Below are positions 18,207 to 29,200 of a stretch of DNA of 38,679 nt, one piece after another. Origin of the DNA: Candidatus Dormiibacterota bacterium (GTDB lineage Bacteria > Chloroflexota > Dormibacteria > Aeolococcales > Aeolococcaceae); assembly GCA_035948615.1 (NCBI GenBank), contig DASZJB010000038.1:1-38679 (forward strand), in the 5' to 3' direction. The notes under the pieces are model-generated. The model did not search any database. It saw only the letters and a program-made list of their open reading frames with translations, and was not told where the DNA came from. Made by a program: the position numbers and the translations under genes. Each line of letters begins with the position of its first letter. Position 1 is the first letter of the stretch.

Positions 18207-18229
18207 TCACTGTACGTAATGTACAGTGA
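18207..18229. promoter_or_regulatory. perfect palindrome TCACTGTAC-GTAAT-GTACAGTGA, candidate TetR operator
   Basis: 9-nt perfect arms in the short divergent intergenic region between the TetR gene (start 18196) and the SDR gene (start 18235). Confidence 0.65.
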
Positions 18230-18234
18230 TTAGC

Positions 18235-19005
18235 ATGGCAACTGCAGCACGCATCGCCGATCTCCGCGATGAGGTGGTCGTGGTCACGGGGGGGTCGCGA
18301 GGCATCGGCGCGGGGTCGGCACGCCGGTTCGCCGAGCTCGGCGCGGCGGTCGTCGTCTCAGGGCGGGACCGCGCCGCTCTCGATTCCGTGGTGGCATCGA
18401 TCACATCCGCCGGTGGCCGTGCCGTCGGCATCGCGGCCGACTGCACCGACCAGGGGGAGGTCGACGCCCTGCGCGCAGGCGCTGAAGCCGCCTTCGGTCC
18501 GGCGACCATCCTGCTCGCCTTCGCGGGTGGCGACGGTCGTCCGGAACCGATTGCCGACCTCGACGCAGCGCGCTGGCGGGAGGTCATCGACACCAACCTC
18601 AGTGCGACGTACATCACGGTCCGCACCTTTGCGCTCGGCATGATCGAGCGGCGTCGAGGATCGATTGTCACCATGTCATCGACGGCGGGACGCCAGCCCG
18701 GTGGGGCGTCGGTCGCGTACGCCACCGCGAAAGCCGGCATCGTGATGCTGACCAGGCATCTCGCCAACGACCTCGCGCCCCACGGCGTCCGCATCAACTG
18801 CGTCGCTCCATCGGCCATCGAGACCGAACGTCTCGTGCGACTCATGCCGGCGGCGGCGCGCGAGCAGCTCGGCCGGTCCTTCCCGTTGGGCCGCCTCGGC
18901 AGCGTCGAGGACGTCGCCGACGCCGCGCTGTTCCTTGCGACCGAGCACTCGTCGTGGATCACCGGTGTCACCATCGACGTCACCGGCGGGCGAGTCACGG
19001 CGTGA
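18235..19005 (+). CDS. SDR family oxidoreductase (FabG-like)
   Basis: VVVTGGSRGIGAG (TGxxxGxG), NAG-like region and the YATAKAG (YxxxK) catalytic motif. The ATG at 18235 is preferred over the GTG at 18226, which lies inside the palindrome. Confidence 0.88.
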   Translation: MATAARIADLRDEVVVVTGGSRGIGAGSARRFAELGAAVVVSGRDRAALDSVVASITSAGGRAVGIAADCTDQGEVDALRAGAEAAFGPATILLAFAGGDGRPEPIADLDAARWREVIDTNLSATYITVRTFALGMIERRRGSIVTMSSTAGRQPGGASVAYATAKAGIVMLTRHLANDLAPHGVRINCVAPSAIETERLVRLMPAAAREQLGRSFPLGRLGSVEDVADAALFLATEHSSWITGVTIDVTGGRVTA

Positions 19006-19009
19006 TTGC

Positions 19010-20053
19010 CTACGGCGTCATCACGACCTTCAGGGCCTCGCGCCGCTCGAACAGCTCGTAGCCGCGCACCGCGTCGTCGAGCTTCATGCGATGCGAGATG
19101 ATCGCGTCAGGCTGCGCCACTCCGTTCGACACCATTGCCATCGCATCGTCCCAGCGGCCGATGACGTTGGCGGTGCCGCAGAACTTGAGGTCGATCGCCT
19201 TCACGAACGTCGTGTTGAGCGGGAGCTCGAGCTCCTGGTCGCTGTGCACGCCGATCACGCTGATCCGCCCGCCGGCTCGGGCGATATCGATGCTATCGAG
19301 GAGCGCGGGCACGAGCCCGACACACTCGAGCACGGCGTCGGCACCGCGGCCACCGGTGCGATCCTGAATGAAGCTCGGGACGTGGACGTCGTTGGCGTCC
19401 ACAGGAATGGCACCGAGGCTCTGGGCCATCTCCAGGCGCTGCGACACCGTGTCGACGGCGTAGATGGTCGACGGCTCGAAGCCCCACGACCCCAGGATCG
19501 CCATCAGGCCGACCGGTCCGCATCCGACCACAGCGACCACGTCTCCTCGTTCGATTCGGGCCTCGCTCGCGCAGTCGAACCCGGTCGTGAAGATGTCGCC
19601 GACGAACAGGGCCCGCTCATCACCCATCGAGTCGTCGATACCGTGCAGCACGAGATCGGCGTTGGGCACACGCACGTACTCCGCCTGGGCGCCGGCGACG
19701 TCGCCGAAGAACGAGCCGTATCCGAAGACGCGCTGATCGGGACACCGGCTGAACAGCCGCCGGTCGCAGTACCAGCACGCTCCGCAGGGGATCGTGAACG
19801 AGCCGACGACGCGATCCCCTTCAGTGAAACGGCGCACACCGCCGTCGACGGCTTCGACCACACCGACGAACTCGTGCCCGAGGACTCCGCCCGGGGCCAT
19901 ACCGGGGATGCGCCCATGCACCACGTGCAGATCGCTGCCACAGATCGCGGTCGTGGTCACGCGCACCAGGGCGTCACCGGGCTGCTCGATGCAGGGTTTC
20001 GGAACGTCCACCAGCTCGACCGCGTCGAAATCCTTGAAGACCAACGCACGCAT
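19010..20053 (-). CDS. zinc-dependent alcohol dehydrogenase family protein
   Basis: Internal ATG at 20053 (MRALVFKDFD...). Contains ICGSDLH, GHEFVG, the structural-Zn segment CGACWYCDRRLFSRC and the Rossmann motif VVGCGPVG. Confidence 0.88.
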   Translation of the reverse strand: MRALVFKDFDAVELVDVPKPCIEQPGDALVRVTTTAICGSDLHVVHGRIPGMAPGGVLGHEFVGVVEAVDGGVRRFTEGDRVVGSFTIPCGACWYCDRRLFSRCPDQRVFGYGSFFGDVAGAQAEYVRVPNADLVLHGIDDSMGDERALFVGDIFTTGFDCASEARIERGDVVAVVGCGPVGLMAILGSWGFEPSTIYAVDTVSQRLEMAQSLGAIPVDANDVHVPSFIQDRTGGRGADAVLECVGLVPALLDSIDIARAGGRISVIGVHSDQELELPLNTTFVKAIDLKFCGTANVIGRWDDAMAMVSNGVAQPDAIISHRMKLDDAVRGYELFERREALKVVMTP

Positions 20054-20078
20054 GGTCAGCCTCGCCTTCGGGAGGCGA

Positions 20079-20372
20079 TCAGTGCGCTTCTTCCTCGGCG
20101 GCGCGACGCTGGATGACGCGATCGCGCAACTCGTCCTCGAGGTCGCCGGAGGGAACGGCGTCACGTCGCAGCCAGAATGGAATCCGCTCCGGCTCACCTG
20201 CGGCAAGCGCCTTCGCGCGCGCGTCGAGGTAGGCGCGCAGCGCGGCGTCCACCGCGGTTGAGAGATCGGCGCCACCTGCCATCAGGGGCTGGACGAGATC
20301 GTTTGCGACGACCACGCTGTTCAGCGGCGCGGCCGGTGGCTTCGACCCGAAAAGACGCCCGAGCCACGACAT
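20079..20372 (-). CDS. 97-aa hypothetical protein
   Basis: Only the last 97 codons of ORF 20079..21272 (MSWLGRLFGSKPP...) avoid overlap with the well-supported plus-strand genes. The composition is protein-like. Confidence 0.4.
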   Translation of the reverse strand: MSWLGRLFGSKPPAAPLNSVVVANDLVQPLMAGGADLSTAVDAALRAYLDARAKALAAGEPERIPFWLRRDAVPSGDLEDELRDRVIQRRAAEEEAH

Positions 20373-20399
20373 GAGCCGAGTGTACGCAGTCGCGGGCTT

Positions 20400-21089
20400 G
20401 TGCTTCAGATCCGGTGCGCCGCGCAGTACCGTACACGCGTGGCAAAGCAAGCCGCGGTCACCCCGCAACTCGAGTGGACGGGCGACCCCGAGGCGGATCG
20501 ACTCATCAGTGAGAACCCGACCGCGCTCCTGATCGGCTTCTGCCTCGACCAGCAGGTGCCGATCGAGTGGGCGTTCCAGGGCCCGCTGCGAATGCGCGAG
20601 CGCCTGGGCACGATCGACCCCGTCGAGGTCGCGCGCATGGACCCCACAGTGGTCGAGAAGGCCTTCCAGACACCACCGGCGCTGCATCGTTTCCCGGTGA
20701 GCATGGCGCAGCGCGTGTACGGGCTCTGCCAGGTCATCTCCAACGATTACGGAGGTGACACCGCCAGGATCTGGACGGAGGCACCGGATGCGAAGGAGTT
20801 GCAGCGCCGATTCGCCGCGCTCCCCGGTTTCGGTGCCGCCAAGGCGCGGATCATGGTCGGGGTCGTCGCCAAGCACTTTGGTGTCCAATTGCCGGGATGG
20901 AAAGAGATCGCTCCCGACTGGCCGACGCTTGCGGACGTGCGCACCGTTGCGGAGCGCGAGCAGTACCAGGCGCAGAAGCGTGCCTTCAAGGCAGCGCTTC
21001 GGGCTGAGGCTGCCGCGAACGGTGCCAACGGAAAGGCGCCGGCGACGAGGAAGCGGCCTGCCAAGACGGTGGCGCGTGGCCGGGCCTGA
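20400..21089 (+). CDS. HhH-GPD-type base-excision DNA repair family protein
   Basis: LLIGFCLDQQVPIEWAFQGP and LPGFGAAKARIMVGV (HhH) resemble the actinobacterial HhH-GPD family, with a Lys/Ala-rich tail. Alternative start GTG 20439. Confidence 0.65.
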   Translation: MLQIRCAAQYRTRVAKQAAVTPQLEWTGDPEADRLISENPTALLIGFCLDQQVPIEWAFQGPLRMRERLGTIDPVEVARMDPTVVEKAFQTPPALHRFPVSMAQRVYGLCQVISNDYGGDTARIWTEAPDAKELQRRFAALPGFGAAKARIMVGVVAKHFGVQLPGWKEIAPDWPTLADVRTVAEREQYQAQKRAFKAALRAEAAANGANGKAPATRKRPAKTVARGRA

Positions 21090-21735
21090 GATCACGGTCT
21101 TCGACGACGGCGGCGTCCGCGTCGTCAAGGTTGGCCCGATGGGGCCGTACGGGAACAATGCGTACGTGGTGCGCGATGTCGCGGCCGGGGCGGCGGTGCT
21201 CGTCGACATGCCCGCCGATGAAGAACCGTTGCTCGCCGCGATCGCGGCCGAGGGCGGTGTCCAGACCATCATCGCAACCCATTGGCACCCCGATCACTGG
21301 ATGACCTACGACGCGGTGCGCGCCGCCACGGGTGCGCCCGTTCTGGTCGGTAGCAGCGAGATCCGGATCCCCGAGGAGCGCATCGACGGCCGTCTCGACA
21401 ATGGAGCCGAGGTGAAGGTGGGCAGCGCACGGATCGAGGTGATCCATACGCCCGGCCACACGCCCGGCAGCATCTCGCTGCGCATCGGTCGGGCTCTGAT
21501 CAGCGGCGACACGCTCTTCAACGGGGGGCCTGGCAAGACCTCTGCACGCGGGGACCTTGAGACGATCATGGCGAGCATCACCGCCAAGTTGCTGCCATTG
21601 CCGGAGGAAACGATCGTGCTCCCAGGCCACGGCACGACCACGACGATCGCCGCCAGTCGCCAGGGGGTGGCCGCGTATCAGCGCCACCCAAAACCCGCGG
21701 GCTTTTACGGCGACGTCGAGTGGGGTGATGACTGA
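21076..21735 (+). CDS. MBL-fold metallo-hydrolase
   Basis: THWHPDH (HxHxDH), HTPGHTPGS and PGHG motifs. The GTG at 21076 lies in the frame of ORF 20755..21735. Confidence 0.82.
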   Translation: MAGPEITVFDDGGVRVVKVGPMGPYGNNAYVVRDVAAGAAVLVDMPADEEPLLAAIAAEGGVQTIIATHWHPDHWMTYDAVRAATGAPVLVGSSEIRIPEERIDGRLDNGAEVKVGSARIEVIHTPGHTPGSISLRIGRALISGDTLFNGGPGKTSARGDLETIMASITAKLLPLPEETIVLPGHGTTTTIAASRQGVAAYQRHPKPAGFYGDVEWGDD

Positions 21736-23239
21736 AGCGAAATCCTCAGCGGGAGTGAGTAGATCTGAGGATGCCGGCGGGCTGCATCTCGCCACCGCCC
21801 GCGGGAAGTGGGTGCTCACCGCCACGGTCCTCGGCAGTGCGATGGCGCAGCTCGACGCCACCGTTGTCGGCATTGCCCAACCGGCGATCGGCAAGGAGTT
21901 CCATGCCCAGATTGCCGGCCTGCAGTGGGTGTCTGCCGGGTACCTCCTCACCGTCGCCGGGCTCATCCTTCTCGCCGGCGCGCTCTGTGACCGCTTCGGG
22001 CGACGGAAGATCTTCGTCATCGGCGTGGCGTGGTTCGCCGTCGCATCGCTGATCTGCGCGATCGCACCCAACATCGGGCTGCTCATCGCGGCACGGATGC
22101 TGCAGGGCGTCGGGGGCGCCTTGCTCACGCCCGGAAGCCTCGCCATCCTCGAGGCATCGTTCGCTCCGCTGGAGCGCGGGCGTGTCATCGGTGCATGGTC
22201 CGGGCTTGGGGGTGTCGCCACCGCCCTGGGCCCCTTCGTCGGCGGGTTCCTCATCACCGCCGTCTCGTGGCGATTGATCTTCCTGATCAACCTGCCGATC
22301 GCCGTCGCCGTGATCTTCATCTCGCTCCGTCATGTCCCGGAAACCAAGGACCCCGACGCGACCGGCTACATCGACATCGCCGGCAGCGCGCTCACCGTTG
22401 TGGCGCTCGTGGGAGTTTCCTACGGGCTCATTCAAGGGTCGAGCGGCAACTGGTCGTCCCCCGTCGTCCTGGGCGCGCTCCTCATCGGCGTCGTCGCGCT
22501 CGTCGTGTTTGTCATCGTCGAGCTGCACGTACGAGCGCCGATCGTTCCCCTCGACATCTTCAAATCCCGCCAGTTCAGTGCGACCAATGGGGTCACGCTG
22601 CTGATCTACGGGATGCTTGGCGGGATGTTCTTCCTGCTGCCGATAGAGCTCCAGCAGGTCTCGCACTACAGTCCCACCGCCGCCGGCGCATCCATGCTCC
22701 CGATCACATTCATGCTCTTCGCGCTCTCGTCGCGGTCAGGCGCGCTCTCAGCACGCATCGGCCCGCGCCTGCAGATGTCGGTCGGACCGATCACCGTTGC
22801 CGCCGGACTGGCGCTCTTCGCACGGGTCAACGCCGGGGGCAACTATCTCATCGAGGTCCTGCCCGCGGTGCTGGTGTTCGGATTCGGGCTCGCGATCACC
22901 GTGGCACCGCTGACCGCCACAGCGATGTCGTCAGCGCCCGCTGAACGCAGCGGCCTCGCGTCGGCGGTGAACAACACCGTGGCGCGCACCGGTAGCCTGC
23001 TTGCGGTTGCGCTCCTCCCCGCGGTGGCCGGCATCACCGGCGACAGCTATCTGCACCCTCCGGTGTTCGAGACCGGGTTTCAGCATGCGGCGTTCATCGC
23101 CGCCGTGATCTGCGCTGCGGGAGGCGTGCTGGCGTTCGCCACCATCCGAAATCCTCGCAGTCCGGCGGCGCCCGAGGCAGGCCCTCAACATCCCCGCCAT
23201 CGCCCTGTGGACGTGCCACCGGTGCGGGCGCACACCTAG
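21728..23239 (+). CDS. MFS transporter, DHA2 (14-TMS, EmrB/QacA-like) family
   Basis: The ATG at 21728 overlaps the MBL stop. Contains LDATVVGIAQPAI and LCDRFGRRKIF (motif A-like). About 14 hydrophobic spans. Confidence 0.85.
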   Translation: MTEAKSSAGVSRSEDAGGLHLATARGKWVLTATVLGSAMAQLDATVVGIAQPAIGKEFHAQIAGLQWVSAGYLLTVAGLILLAGALCDRFGRRKIFVIGVAWFAVASLICAIAPNIGLLIAARMLQGVGGALLTPGSLAILEASFAPLERGRVIGAWSGLGGVATALGPFVGGFLITAVSWRLIFLINLPIAVAVIFISLRHVPETKDPDATGYIDIAGSALTVVALVGVSYGLIQGSSGNWSSPVVLGALLIGVVALVVFVIVELHVRAPIVPLDIFKSRQFSATNGVTLLIYGMLGGMFFLLPIELQQVSHYSPTAAGASMLPITFMLFALSSRSGALSARIGPRLQMSVGPITVAAGLALFARVNAGGNYLIEVLPAVLVFGFGLAITVAPLTATAMSSAPAERSGLASAVNNTVARTGSLLAVALLPAVAGITGDSYLHPPVFETGFQHAAFIAAVICAAGGVLAFATIRNPRSPAAPEAGPQHPRHRPVDVPPVRAHT

Positions 23240-23292
23240 CCCGCGGTTGATGCGTCAGGAATCCTGCACCCGGGGCGCCGGACTCCTACGTG

Positions 23293-26200
23293 CTACCTCG
23301 ACAGCCGTCTTCGTCTCCGGCCCACAAACGCCGACCCCGCACCGGCGACGATCAGCAGCAGCCCTGGGGACAGCACCAGTAGGATCCCGGCTCCGGTGCC
23401 CGGATCCGGCACACCCGGGCTGACGATCGCATCGACTGCTCCCACCTCAGCCGGCGCTCCGCTGTCTCCGGGTCCGCTCACGGTCGCGACGTTGCGAATG
23501 TGCGTGCCCGCTGCTGCGGTGACCCTGACCAGGACGGTGATCACCGAGGTGGCGCCCACAGCGAGCGTCGCGGTGGTGTCGGTGCAGGTGATGGTCGATC
23601 CCAGCACACCACACAGCCACGCACCCGGGACCGTGCCGGCAACATGCTCGAACGCCAGGCCGTCGGGCAGAGCGTCGACCACGATCAGCGGCAGCAACGA
23701 ATCGGACGGTCCGCTGTTCTTGACGGTGAGGGCGTAGGTCGCAACGCCCCCGGTCACCAATCCGCCGGTCAGCGTCTTGGTCAGCGACAGGTTGTAGTCG
23801 CGAGTCACGGTCGCGGTATCCGATGAACTGTTGTTGGCAAGGTTCGGATCGGGATTCGATCCAGTGACTGTCGCGATGTTGACGATGCTCGATCCAACCG
23901 AAGGCGCCACCAAGACGGTGAGATCGATGACCGGGGCAGCCGCGCCGCTTGTCAATGTCGGCGCGTACGTGCACGTCACCACCTGACCGGTGGCGGCGCA
24001 CGTCCAGCCGAGCCCAGCGAAGGTGACGTACGTTTCACCGGCGGGCAATGTATCGGTGACGGTGATGCCGGCACCCTCATCCGACGGCCCCGCGTTGCTG
24101 ACCGCGAGGAAGTAGGTGGCATCCGTGCCCGCGACCAACCCGACGCCGCCATGACTCTTGGTGATCTGGAGGTCGGACTCGAGACTGAGGACGGCACTCG
24201 CGCTCCCGGTGTTGTTCGCCGGGTTGGGGTCCACCGTCGGTGACGACACGTGCGCGCTGTTGACCAGCGTCCCGGTATCCGACGACGCGAGGTCGACCGT
24301 GACGGTCAGGAGCGGTGCTGTCTGCGTGGTGGGCAGTGAGCTTGACTCCAGGCAGGTGACGTCCTGGCCCGCCGCGGAGCACGCCCAACCCGTTCCCATT
24401 CCCGAGACGAAGGTCTCTCCTGCAGGGAGCGTGTCGGTGATCGTCAATGGAGCGGCGGCATCGGCGGGGCCGTTGTTGACAACACTGATGACGTAGGTCG
24501 CGCCGTCCCCCGGGATGAACGGACCGGATGTGTCCTTGGTCAGCGCCAGATCGGCCTCAGGCACAATCGTGGTGGGATCCGTGCTCGTGTTGTTGTCCGG
24601 ATTGGGGTCGGCGGTCGTCGGGGTCACCACCGCGGTGTTGTCGACCACCTGGTCGAGCTCGCCCGCGCCGATGCCGACTACAACACTGATCGGAGTCGCG
24701 TCAGCGCCGGCCGCAAGTGCGCTCGTGGCGTCGCAGGTGACCGTGCTCGCGATGGTGGTGCAATTCCAGCCGGCGCCGCCGCTGGCGGAGAGCAGGTTCT
24801 CCGGTGCCGGCACGGTGTCGGTGACCACCAGGGGTAGCTGGGAGTCGCTCGGCCCGAGGTTGGTGACCTGCAGCGTGTAGGTGTTGCCGGTCGTCCCGGC
24901 GTCGAAGTTTCCGGTGTGACTCTTGACGATGCGCAGGTCGGCCGATTGCGTCACCGCGCTGTTGTCGGTCGACGTGTTGTTGGCGAGCGCGGGATCGAGC
25001 GTGCTGCTGCTCACCGTAGCGGTGTTGGAGATCGATCCACCCACGAACGACGGCGATATCGCGATCACGAGCGTGAGCAGCGGCTCGCTCTGTCCTGCGG
25101 GCAGCGCACCCAGCTGCGTGCAGGTCACCTGCTGCCCCGACAGCGAGCAACTCCATCCGGCGCCGCCGTGTGAGATGAAACGTTCGCCGCTCGGAAGGTT
25201 GTCGATGACGGTGATCGGTGGCGCCGCATCGCTCGGTCCGAGGTTGGTGACGGCGAGGTTGTACTTCGAGGTCTGTCCCGAGACGAACGCGCCGCTGTCA
25301 GTCTTGACGATGCGCAGATCGGCCTGGGTCGCCGAGACGTTGCTCGTTGACGACGTGTTGTTCGCACTGTTCGGATCGGGAGTCGCGCTGCTCACCGAGG
25401 CGGTGTTGACGATCGTCTGTGCCACCAGGTCGGCGGCGAGCGAGACGGTCAGCGTGATCGGGTTCGCCGACCCTCCCGCCGGGAGCGCCGCCGCCCGCGT
25501 GCACGTCACCACGCCGCTGAGGAAGCTGCACGACCACCCCGCTCCCGTCGCCGAGACGAAGCCCTCGTTGCCGGGCAGCGTATCGACCACCGAAAGGGGT
25601 GCGGCCGCGTCACTCGGTCCGGTGTTGGCGACTCGGAGCGAGTAGGTCGCGTCCTGGCCGGCCACCAGCGTGCTGGTCAGGGTCTTGACTATCGACACGT
25701 CCGCCGATTGCGTCGTCCCCGCCACGTCGGTGCTCACGTTGTTGCCCGGATTCGGATCGGTGGTCGGGCTGCTCACCGTGGCGGTGTTCGTGAGGCTCGC
25801 AACCGTGACGCCGGACCCGATGGCGACCGTCATCGACAGCGTGCGGGTGGCTCCATTCACCAGTCCCGCGGGATCGGTGCACACCTCGCTTCCGGCGACC
25901 AGACTGCACGACCATCCCGCGGAGACGCTCACGAACGTCTCGCCGGCCGGCAGGGGATCCGTCAGCGTCAGCGGTCCGGCGGCATCGCTCGGACCGTTGT
26001 TGGTGATGGTGAAGTTGTAGGTACCGTTCGTGCCCGCCTCGAAGGTGCCCACGTGCACCTTGGTGAGGACCACATCCGCAGACGTCTGCACCGATGTGGA
26101 GTCATGGCTGGTGTTGTTGGCGGGGTTGGGGTCAGTCGTCGGACCGCTGATCGTGGCGGTGTTGGTGATGCTTCCGGCGGCCTGCGAGGATGCGACATCG

Positions 26201-29200
26201 ACCACGACGGTGATCGGCGACGCGAAGGTGCCGGACGTTAACGTGGTGCTGTCGGTGCACGTGAACTGGTTCCCCGCCTGTGCCCCGCACAGCCATCCAC
26301 TGCCGGTCGCGGTGACCAGCGTCTCGTTCAGCGGAAGCGTGTCCACCATGGTCAGCGGCGCCTGCGAGTCACTTGGCCCATGGTTCTGCACACTGATGGT
26401 GTACGTCCCAGAGCCGCCGGCGGTGAAGCTGCCTGAGTGGCTCTTGGTCACCTGAAGATCCGCGCTGGCCACGATTGTCGTGGGATCGGTGCTGGTGTTG
26501 TTGGTGAGGTTGTCGTCGTACGTTGGCGAAGTCACCGACGCCGTGTTGTCGATCACCGTCCCGTCGGGCGTGTTCGCCGGCGTCGACACCACGAGGGTGA
26601 TCGGGTTTGCGGTCGCCCCGCTGGCGAGGCCGCCTGCATATGTGCACGTCACCGTGCCCGACGCCACGAGGCAGGTCCAGCTCGTGCCCGTGGCGGATAC
26701 ATAGGACTCGCCGGCCGGGATCGCGTCAGTGACCACCATCGGGCTCGCCGCGGTCGATGGACCATTGTTCGTGACGCCCAACGTGTAGCTGCCGTTGGCG
26801 CCGGCGTTGAATGTTCCGGCGTGGCTCTTGGTGATCTGCAGGTCGGCCCGCCCGATGAACGCTTGCGCAGTCGCGTTTGCGCTCGTGTAGGGGCCACTCA
26901 GCGTGCCGGTCGCACCCGAGTCGTCGGTCCACGTCGAGAACACGGTGTTGGTGTGCGGATTCGACGGACCCGTCCCGGGTGATGTCTGCGCAGCCAGGCT
27001 CGGCGTCGCCTCGTATTTGATGGTCACGTTCTGTCCGGGAGTCAGGACTCCGAGGCCACTCCAGTGCAGCACGTCACCGCCCGCGTTCGGGGTGACGGTC
27101 GGATCCGCGTGACCGTTGGGGCCGGTTGGGAAGATGATGGTTGCGGTCCCCGGATCGTAGGACCAGTTCGGCGGCAGGGTGTCGGTCGCGTCAACGCTGT
27201 CGGCACCGGCAAACCCATTGGTGTCGGTCGCCGTGAAGCTCCACTCGAACGGTGCGTTGGCGTACGCCGTTGACCCGTTCGGGGTCGACTTCGTGTCCAC
27301 CACGCTGGGAAACTGCATGGTCACGTTCTTGCTCGAGGAGATCGGACCATAGACCCTCGCGCCCGCTGGATCACCTCCGATGTTGTCCCACGATGTCAGG
27401 GTGGCGGTGTTGGCGATCACCTGCCCGACCGACAGGAGCGAGGATGCCTCAGGGATCACCTGGAAGCTCACCGTGTCCGTCTGGTTCGCGTACAGCGGTC
27501 CGGGGATCGTCCAGGTGACGTCCGTCCCATTGAAGCCGACGGTGCCCGGTGCGAGACCGGCGAGCAGCACGCTCCCCGGGACGTAGACCACACCGGCCGG
27601 AATGGGATCCTGACCGACGAGGTCGAACGCCGGGCTCACGGCCGCGAGGTTCAAGTTGGCGAGCGCGATCGAGTACGTCAGGGTGCCGTGCGGCGAGAGC
27701 GTCGCCGACGACGCGCTTTTGGTGATCGACATGTCGGGTTCAACGATCTGTGTGAGTAGCGCAGGGTTCGAGCTGGTGATCGGCTGCCCGCCCGTGGCGT
27801 GATTGGTCAGGGTGGCAACGTTGCTGATGTTGACGGTGCGTTTGTTCGCCGCGATGTTCGCGACCGTCACCGAGAAGGAGACCAGGAACACCTCGTCGCT
27901 GGCCGTCGCGTTCGCGTAGACGGGAGGAAAGCTGAAGCCGACGGTGTTGCTCGCCGCGGTGTAGCTGTATGTGAAACCACCCGGAATGAGGGTGCCTTCC
28001 GCATACGTCGTCGGGCTGCCGGGGAGGGTGACGAGACCGCTGCCGGTCACATAGGCCTGCGCAGCCCCGAGCGGATCCGCGAGTGACGCGGTGTAGAACG
28101 TCGTGTTATGCGGCACCTTCACCTGGACGGTGTATGTGATCGTCTCGCCGATCGTGGCCTGTCCGATGGCGGCGTTGCCGCTGTTGGTGATCGAGGTCAT
28201 CGCCGACTTGGTCACCGCGCCGACCGCCGTGATCACGTTGGCGGTGCCATTCGCCGCGGGGGCGTTCTCCGCGCCAACGGTGACTGTGGGATCGATGTTC
28301 GAAAGCGGAAAGTACGTGTTGTCGGGTTGTCCGGAGGCATTGTGCTCGCCGACGTAGCTGCGCACCCCGGCATTGTTTGTGAAGGTCTCGCCGGCTGCGG
28401 CGTCCGGCCGGATCTGCAGCACGTAGGAGAGGGTGGTGTTCGCGCCGACGCCGATCTGTGCGATCGCGCTCGACGGCCACTCAATCGCCTTGGCTGCCGT
28501 GACGCAGCTCCCACTCGCCGGGAGGATCGCGCTCACCTCGGAGCAGTCCTCCTGCGCCGGCAGGACATCCCATACCTCGACGTGGTACGCGGGGACCAGC
28601 CCGGTGTTGGTGACAGTGAGCGTCCACCCAACCTGGTCGTTACCGTGCACCGTGTCGCCGGTGGATGTCGGCGCCGCGCTTCCATTGATCGTGGAGACCT
28701 TCTTGGTCATGCTCAGAATGGGCTCGGCCAGCTCATAGGTCGCGAGGCTGCGCGCCGCGAACGTGGTTCCTTCGGTATTCGTGGTCACGACCTTCGCCAG
28801 GTTCTGCGTCAGCGTGAACGTCGCGCCAACGCCGAGCGTCGGATCGGCGCTCGCGATCACCGCAAACTGCACCTCGAAGAGTGCTCCCGGCGTCTGATAG
28901 AGATTGCCGTCCGCTCCCGGCGTTCCCATCGTCCATTGCAGTTCGCCAGCAGTCGGGGTCAATGTCACCGCCGAAGCGGTATTCGACGCCGTCACGGTCG
29001 CCGAACCAGCGACATACGTCGCATTCGGCGGCAGGAAGTCGCTCACCGTTGGGTTCTTGAAGTCGACGCCCGGCGCAAAGGCGACATCGATCTGGAAGCA
29101 GATCTGGTCACCCTTCTGATAGAGAGGTGGATACCCGGCCGAACCCACCGCGAGATATGTGGCGGTCGAGCAGTCCAGCGGACTGCCTGCGGCGACATTC

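Noticed and set aside
15342-20116. ORFs 15342..16586+, 17189..18175+, 18207..18998- and 18935..20116+
   Set aside because: They are antisense to the ABC ATPase/DUF4097, TetR, SDR and Zn-ADH genes. They have no motifs and a biased Arg/Asp/His composition.
20372-22320. The upstream 300 codons of ORF 20079..21272-, and ORF 20986..22320-
   Set aside because: They overlap the HhH-GPD, MBL and MFS genes on the plus strand, which have clear motifs. Only the last 97 codons of the first ORF were kept, as a low-confidence gene.
23413-26847. Periodic DNA repeats as a possible CRISPR or satellite array
   Set aside because: The period is about 380 bp, in frame and diverged, and encodes DUF11 protein domains. 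There is no short repeat/spacer structure and no cas genes.
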